Source of the DNA: an uncultured Candidatus Sumerlaeota bacterium
GTDB taxonomy: Bacteria; Sumerlaeota; Sumerlaeia; MVZB01; JAJFLK01
NCBI GenBank assembly: GCA_964598765.1
Contig: CAZRCZ010000008.1
Location: 79,934 to 143,933 of the forward strand
Reading direction: 5' to 3'
Length of the DNA: 64,000 bases
A program made the translations under genes and the position numbers. A model generated the notes under the pieces. It saw only the letters and a program-made list of their open reading frames with translations, was not told the origin of the DNA and did not search any database. Shown one piece after another: positions 58,595-64,000 of the stretch. Each line of letters opens with the position of its first letter. Positions within the stretch are counted from its first letter, which is position 1.

Positions 58595-59832
58595 TCTTCG
58601 GTGAGTTGCAGGACGACGCTCAGCGTCTCCCCCTCCGGCGCCGTGCCATAGGTCGCCTTCCTGACGGTCATATTCGGGTTGTTGGCGTTCTCTCTGGAAT
58701 TTTGGTAGGAGGCAATCGCCTCCAGCTTCGCTCCCGCCGGAAGCGAAATCGGTTCGGCAGGGGCGTAGAGAGTTTGCAGGTCGTAGCTGTAGCCGTCAAT
58801 TTTCAACAGTTTTTCATCCTTGCCGTCGAGCTGGTGGGCAATCAGTTCCAGCTTGGTTCCGAGATAATGCATTTGGGGAAGGATGGAGTAAATTTTAACG
58901 CCCTTGTCCAATTTCAATTCCGCCGTCACGTTTTGTTCCATCGCCTCGGCGGGAATTTCAGGTTTCAGATTCTGAACGGTCTTGGTTATCAGTTCTTTCG
59001 GTGGCGCGCCTTTGGCGAAATGAAGGGCGACCTTGGATCGGTCCTTCATTTCGGCTCCGTTCGTCTTGTAGTGGTTGATCAGAGCGAGTTTCGATCCCTT
59101 CGGAATCAGTATGCCCGTTCCGCCGGGAAACTTCTCGATCAAACTCATCCCTCTGTTCCAGAAGGCGACGCCCGGCTTGCCCATTTCGGCTTGGATCAAG
59201 TCGAAGCAAGATTCCAACTTGGATTTTTCCATGCTTGCCGGAACGATGGAAAGAGACATTTGCTGAACGGCGTCAATTTCTCCCGGACGAAGTTCGATTC
59301 CTTCGACCCAAGTGTCGGCGGTAAAGCCGGGATCAAGCAAACCGAGATTGTAGAGGTCCCCGCCTTGCGACGGGATGGAGAATTCCTCCGTCGCGATTTC
59401 CTTGTCCGGTTTGCCCAGCGTCCAAGGCTTGGAATAATCCATTGGCGCGGGCGCGTCTTTGGCGTCTCCTTCCGTGGCTTTGGTTTCGACCCAAGAACTG
59501 ATCGTCTTAATTTCGGCTTCGGTCAGTCGTCCCCCGTTTCTCCATTTTCCGATTTCCGAATCGGCCTTCCAAGGAGGCATGGATTTGTCGTTCACGACTT
59601 TTTTCGTGGATCGAATCCATGGGCGCATTTCGGCGTAGGTTTCGAACGATTGCGGCGCGGTTCCCCCTTTGTGGTGACAACTCAAGCAGTGCTTTTGGAG
59701 AATCGGCTGGACGTCTTTGTAATAAGTCGGAATGGTTTGGGGCGGAGTCTGGCCTTGCACGCTAAAAGCAACAAGCGACACAAACACGATCAAAATAAAG
59801 GCATTTCGGCGCAAAGGAGATAACTTGCTCAT
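58591..59832 (-). CDS. Secreted protein with Planctomycete cytochrome-c (PSCyt1-like) CxxCH domain
   Basis: A signal peptide is followed by YKDVQPILQKHCLSCHHKGG, which matches PSCyt1. The start is reassigned to the internal Met (MSKLSPL). Confidence 0.6.
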   Translation of the reverse strand: MSKLSPLRRNAFILIVFVSLVAFSVQGQTPPQTIPTYYKDVQPILQKHCLSCHHKGGTAPQSFETYAEMRPWIRSTKKVVNDKSMPPWKADSEIGKWRNGGRLTEAEIKTISSWVETKATEGDAKDAPAPMDYSKPWTLGKPDKEIATEEFSIPSQGGDLYNLGLLDPGFTADTWVEGIELRPGEIDAVQQMSLSIVPASMEKSKLESCFDLIQAEMGKPGVAFWNRGMSLIEKFPGGTGILIPKGSKLALINHYKTNGAEMKDRSKVALHFAKGAPPKELITKTVQNLKPEIPAEAMEQNVTAELKLDKGVKIYSILPQMHYLGTKLELIAHQLDGKDEKLLKIDGYSYDLQTLYAPAEPISLPAGAKLEAIASYQNSRENANNPNMTVRKATYGTAPEGETLSVVLQLTEE

Positions 59833-60021
59833 GGGCGTTGCTTCCGGAAGCAACGCGGAAGCGGAGCGGATTTTAGAGTCTCGCGTTTCCCACGGCAAGG
59901 ATTAACTACGCTCAAAACCAAGTTTGATCGCGGATTGCTCATCAGATGCGGAAGGGCCTGTGGAATTGGTCACGCGCCAAGGGTTGATTTCGCACTCCAT
60001 ATTGGCCGATGATAAAGGCTG

Positions 60022-61611
60022 ATGAAACCATCGGAAACCATCGCCCGAGGGGAGAAGGAGACGGCCAAGTCCGAGAACCGGTTGGCGGAGGAGAAAACCG
60101 CAGGGCGGGGTTACCTTCGATTGGCTATTTCGATTCCGGCGATTTTGACGCTTGCGATTCTTGCCTATGGCGTGACTTCGCTATTGTTGATCGAGGGGCA
60201 ATGGGACGCGTTGGACAAGGCAGGCGCGGGCTTGATCGCGGCGGACCTTTTGCGCGGGCATCTTTACGCGATGCTGATCCTGACGGTCTGCGCCGTGGCG
60301 GCGGGACTGGGATTGGCGTTTGACATCCTCCGCCCCATCCGGGCAGTGCGGGAAACCGCGCGCAAGGTGGCCGCCGGCGAGCTTGATCTTCGCGCTCCGC
60401 GCCTGACCTCGGCGCCGGAGTTGGGCGATCTATCGCGCTCTTTCAACAGCATGATCGAGTTTGTCAACTCCAGTATCGAGGAACGCAACCGATATTTGAT
60501 CGAGGGAATCGTGACGGGTATTTTGACCGCCGACCGCGTCGGGCGAGTCACGGCGATCAATTCCACCGGATCAAAAATTCTCGGCATCGAAGGTTCGGAA
60601 ATCGCCGGAAAGACCGTGTCCGAATTACGCGACGCTCTTCCGTCCCGATTGCATCCGTTCTGGGATTACTTGGAGGAATCCTTGCGCGAGGAAAGAACCC
60701 GGATGCCCGTCGAAATCGAATTCAGCGACGCGCGCGAAAAGAAATCGCTTCTTGCCGCTATGTCATTCTTGCGCGACACGGCGGGGCATCCCTCCGGAAT
60801 CATGGTCAATTTTCGAGACGCGGCGGAGATTCGGAGCCTCAATGAGCAACTAAGCAAAACGGACCGTTTGGCCGCGCTCGGAACCTTCACCATGGGATTG
60901 GCTCACGAATTGCGCAATCCGCTGGGATCCATTAAGGGAGTGGTGCAACTTCTCAAACTCGATTCGTCCGTTCCTTCGTCCTCGCGGGAATATTTGGATC
61001 GGATCGTCCGTGAGGTGGACCGGCTTGATCGGTTTGTTCGGGAACTGCTCGATCTTTCCAGCCCGTCCATTCTTCCGCCGGAGCCGACGCAACTGAGCGA
61101 CGTTCTCCGGGCGGCGGCGTTGGCGGCGCGCGATTCGTCGGAGGGTTTTGCGGAGAAAAGGATCGAGCTGATCGAGGATTACGCCGACGCTTCTCCGGTA
61201 TTGATTGAGCCGGAGCGTCTGCGACGGGCGTTCTTCAACATCATCCGCAACGCCTGCGAGGCGACTCCCGCCGGAGGCAAAATTACCCTGCGAACGTCCG
61301 CGCGGACGGAGGGGGCAAATCGGTATGCGATTGCTCAAATCCAAAATACCGGCTCCACGATTCGACCGGAAGATCGCCCGAAAATTTTCGAGCCGTTTTT
61401 CACCACCAAGGACAAGGGGACCGGATTGGGCCTCACGATGGCGCATCAGATCATCGCGCAACAGCACGGGACTTTGGACGTGACGGTCGGAGACAATGAA
61501 GTCGCGTTTATCGCACAGTTTAAGGAAGCGCAAGAGTCCGAGCGGGACTGCGGGAACGGAACCGCTCCCTTCGATGAAATTCGAATGCAACGCGAGGCGG
61601 TTGGAACGTGA
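60022..61611 (+). CDS. Sensor histidine kinase (TM, HAMP, PAS, HisKA, HATPase_c)
   Basis: The H-box is LGTFTMGLAHELRNPLGSIKG. The ATPase region contains GTGLGLTMAHQII. The stop overlaps the next gene start (GTGA). Confidence 0.75.
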   Translation: MKPSETIARGEKETAKSENRLAEEKTAGRGYLRLAISIPAILTLAILAYGVTSLLLIEGQWDALDKAGAGLIAADLLRGHLYAMLILTVCAVAAGLGLAFDILRPIRAVRETARKVAAGELDLRAPRLTSAPELGDLSRSFNSMIEFVNSSIEERNRYLIEGIVTGILTADRVGRVTAINSTGSKILGIEGSEIAGKTVSELRDALPSRLHPFWDYLEESLREERTRMPVEIEFSDAREKKSLLAAMSFLRDTAGHPSGIMVNFRDAAEIRSLNEQLSKTDRLAALGTFTMGLAHELRNPLGSIKGVVQLLKLDSSVPSSSREYLDRIVREVDRLDRFVRELLDLSSPSILPPEPTQLSDVLRAAALAARDSSEGFAEKRIELIEDYADASPVLIEPERLRRAFFNIIRNACEATPAGGKITLRTSARTEGANRYAIAQIQNTGSTIRPEDRPKIFEPFFTTKDKGTGLGLTMAHQIIAQQHGTLDVTVGDNEVAFIAQFKEAQESERDCGNGTAPFDEIRMQREAVGT

Positions 61612-63065
61612 ACGGCGAGCAACGGGGAAGAGTTCTCATAGCGGACGATGAGGAGGGAATCCGCTTCGTGCTGACCCAATTTCTCAAGCAGGAGAAATAT
61701 GAAGTGCATCAGGCGGTCAACGGCTTGGAGGCGTTGCAAAAAGCGGAGGTGACTCCCTATGACCTTTACATCCTCGATATGAAAATGCCAAAGATGGACG
61801 GAATGGCGACGCTGAAAGCCATTCGGAAACTGTATCCCAAGGCGTTGGTGGTGATGATCACCGCGTTCGGCACGCAGGAACTTGCGACCGAGGCGCTTGT
61901 GGCGGGCGCTTACGATTATTTCACCAAGCCGTTCGAGTTGGAGGAGTTGCGGATCGTTCTGCGTCGGGCGATGGAGAACCAAACTCTTCTCAATCGGGTT
62001 AAGACACTGGAAAAGCGGCTTGTTGAGAAGAACGCCCTCCAACGCATCATCGGCCACAGTGAAAAATTGAAGACCGTGCAGGATCTGATCCGGCGCGTCG
62101 CCGGGCACGACATCACCGTGCTCATCACCGGGGAAAGCGGCGTCGGGAAGGAACTGGTTGCTCAGGCGATTCACGATTTGGGATCAGGCCCGGATAAACC
62201 GTTCGTCAAAGTCAACTGCGCGGCGATTCCGGAACAACTCTTGGAGAGCGAACTTTTCGGCCACGAAAAAGGCGCGTTCACCGGAGCCATTGCGAGCAAG
62301 CCCGGCAAATTCGAAATTGCCGACGGCGGTTCGATCTTACTCGACGAAATCGGCGAGATGCCGCTCGCGCTTCAGGCGAAACTTTTGCGTGTCCTTCAAG
62401 AAAAGCGGGTGGAACGGATCGGCGAGACGCGCCCGCGTCCCATCAATGTTCGGATCATGACCGCCACCAATCGAGACCTCGCGCAAATGGTCAAAAACAA
62501 AATTTTTCGCGAGGACCTTTTCTTCCGAATCAACGTCGTGCCGATTCACGTTCCCCCCTTGCGCGAGCGGGTGGATGATATTCCGATTCTGATAGATCAT
62601 CTCATCGGAAAATACAGCAATCCCGAAGGCAAGCAGATTACCGCGATCACGCCGGAGGCGCTTAAACTTCTCGAATCGTATCCATGGCCGGGCAATGTCC
62701 GCGAGCTGGAAAACGTTATCCAGCGCGCGATCATCATGACCACGGGGAGCGTGTTGGACGTGGGATCGTTCCCTCCGACAATAACGGGCCGCGCGATTCC
62801 CACGTCCGTATTGATTGATGGAGTGAACGGCGGACCGTCACGCGAGGGAGTCGTCGCTGGCGACGAAACCGTTGCGGGTCCGCTCGCGCCGAGGATCGAA
62901 AAGATCGTTGAATCCGAGGAAAAACGGGTCATCCAAATCGCGCTCCGGCAGATGAACAATCGCCGACAGGAAACCGCGGACCTGCTCGGGATCAGTCGCA
63001 AGAGTCTTCACAATAAGATGTTCAAATACGGTTTGCTGAAGGAACGGGAGCGGGACATCGAATAA
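61608..63065 (+). CDS. Sigma-54-dependent two-component response regulator (REC + AAA+ + Fis-type HTH; NtrC/NtrX-like)
   Basis: The REC domain is RVLIADDEEGIRFVL...DLYILDMKMPKMDG. The Walker A is GESGVGKELVAQAIH. ESELFGHEKGAFTGA (GAFTGA) is present. The C-terminal HTH is RQETADLLGISRKSLHNKM. Confidence 0.85.
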   Translation: MNGEQRGRVLIADDEEGIRFVLTQFLKQEKYEVHQAVNGLEALQKAEVTPYDLYILDMKMPKMDGMATLKAIRKLYPKALVVMITAFGTQELATEALVAGAYDYFTKPFELEELRIVLRRAMENQTLLNRVKTLEKRLVEKNALQRIIGHSEKLKTVQDLIRRVAGHDITVLITGESGVGKELVAQAIHDLGSGPDKPFVKVNCAAIPEQLLESELFGHEKGAFTGAIASKPGKFEIADGGSILLDEIGEMPLALQAKLLRVLQEKRVERIGETRPRPINVRIMTATNRDLAQMVKNKIFREDLFFRINVVPIHVPPLRERVDDIPILIDHLIGKYSNPEGKQITAITPEALKLLESYPWPGNVRELENVIQRAIIMTTGSVLDVGSFPPTITGRAIPTSVLIDGVNGGPSREGVVAGDETVAGPLAPRIEKIVESEEKRVIQIALRQMNNRRQETADLLGISRKSLHNKMFKYGLLKERERDIE

Positions 63066-64000
63066 TGTCGGGCGATTCTTCCGAACAAACCGTTGCCATC
63101 ACCGGGTCCGGGGGCTTCATCGGGAGCCACGTCGCTCAACTCATGCTTCGTGAGGGATATCGCGTTCGCGCTCTTGTTCATTACAACGCCCTCGCTTCCA
63201 TCGGGCATCTGGCCGAAGTCATCGAAGAAGGAAAAAGAAACAGCGAGTCGTGGGTGATCGAGGGACGATTGCAAATCGTTCACGGCGACATTCTGGACGA
63301 GCGTTGCGCGCGCGATCTCATGCGCGACTGCGATTTGGTGTTTCACTTGGCGGCTCTCATAGGAATTCCCTATTCCTATCAGGCCCCGGCAAGTTATATG
63401 CGAACCAATACAATTGGAACGATGAACGTGCTTGAAGCGGCGCGCGAGGAATGTCCGGAGCGGATCATCGTCACCTCGACATCGGAGGTTTACGGCACGG
63501 CGCGCGAGGTTCCGATCCGCGAGCAACATCTTCTTCAGGCGCAATCTCCTTATGCCGCGAGCAAAATCGGCGCCGACAAACTCGCCGAGTCGTATCATCT
63601 GAGCTTCGGATTGCCGGTGACGACCTTGCGGCCCTTCAATACCTACGGACCACGTCAAAGTCTGCGCGGCGTCGTGCCGACGATCTTGGCGCAGGCCCTT
63701 TCGGATCGGTGTGACGCAATTCGGTTGGGAAATTTGGAAACCGTCCGGGATTGGAATTACGTCGAGGACTCCGCGGGAGGTTATCTCGCTCTGGCGCGCG
63801 CCCCGTTGGATCGGGTCGCGGGGCGGCTCTACAATTTGGGAACGGGACAGGGAACTTCGGTGCGGCAAATTGCCGAATTGGCGATCAAGGTCGTCGGCGT
63901 CACCAAGCCGATTGTGAGCGATGAGGAGCGGAAGCGACCCAAACCGAGCGAGGTGGAGCGGCTCATCGCGGATGCGTCGCGGCTAAAGAAGGAAACCGGG
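63065..64000 (+). CDS. NAD-dependent epimerase/dehydratase (3'-partial)
   Basis: Family motifs VAITGSGGFIGSH and YAASK are present. The ORF is open at the window end, so it is absent from the stop-delimited ORF track. Confidence 0.7.
   Translation, partial: MSGDSSEQTVAITGSGGFIGSHVAQLMLREGYRVRALVHYNALASIGHLAEVIEEGKRNSESWVIEGRLQIVHGDILDERCARDLMRDCDLVFHLAALIGIPYSYQAPASYMRTNTIGTMNVLEAAREECPERIIVTSTSEVYGTAREVPIREQHLLQAQSPYAASKIGADKLAESYHLSFGLPVTTLRPFNTYGPRQSLRGVVPTILAQALSDRCDAIRLGNLETVRDWNYVEDSAGGYLALARAPLDRVAGRLYNLGTGQGTSVRQIAELAIKVVGVTKPIVSDEERKRPKPSEVERLIADASRLKKETG

Noticed and set aside
58576-59823. 415-aa plus-strand ORF
   Set aside because: It is antisense to the PSCyt1-domain secreted-protein gene.
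1-64000. tRNA, rRNA or tmRNA genes
   Set aside because: No cloverleaf-compatible segments or rRNA-like conserved stretches were seen by eye. A tRNAscan or Infernal run is needed to be definitive.

Overview
High-GC (~60%) bacterial chromosome segment. Several markers point to the PVC superphylum, probably Planctomycetota: a PSCyt1-type CxxCH domain, a prepilin-type N-terminal methylation protein, a giant Thr/Pro-rich surface protein and many lipoproteins. The window has four parts. (i) 1-9.3 kb is a tandem array of large polymorphic-toxin genes. Each toxin has TSP3-like Ca-binding repeats and a C-terminal alpha/beta-hydrolase-like domain with a CHSQGG elbow, and each is followed by a TPR-repeat candidate immunity gene. 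A ~1.04 kb direct repeat spans each immunity-3' end and toxin-5' end junction. The third toxin copy is truncated next to an IS481-like DDE transposase. (ii) 9.9-19.5 kb holds housekeeping and regulatory genes: DUF4388 protein, a tail-anchored REC protein, NUDIX CoA pyrophosphatase, RNase Y, an XRE HTH regulator and a WecA-like phosphoglycosyl transferase. (iii) 19.7-33.5 kb contains a 2566-aa secreted giant protein with a Kelch-like propeller, a Calx-beta domain, eight FG-GAP repeats, a duplicated ~150-aa module and about 1 kb of [ST]PTRTAT-coding tandem repeats. It ends in the short tail NxxRNWEIYE-COOH. It is followed by a REC-HisKA hybrid, a lipoprotein and two tandem, divergent secretin paralogues with no nearby ATPase or pilin genes. 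(iv) 33.6-64 kb holds HepT/MntA and DinJ/YafQ toxin-antitoxin pairs, metabolic genes (GabT-like aminotransferase, Gfo/Idh/MocA with a Tat signal, sulfotransferase, YchF, the C-terminal half of a split carB), a ModE-like regulator, a pseudopilin-like protein next to a second secreted protein carrying the same C-terminal tail ([10 protein letters not shown]), a bacterial ERCC4/XPF-type nuclease, a small lipoprotein gene split at an A8G6 homopolymer, a sensor kinase with a sigma54-dependent regulator, and a partial epimerase. A family of short inverted-repeat (MITE/REP-like) elements with the core CACCAAGACAC sits in three intergenic gaps. The most interesting candidates are the toxin/immunity array with no recognisable delivery domain and the conserved C-terminal tail linked to secretin and pseudopilin genes.
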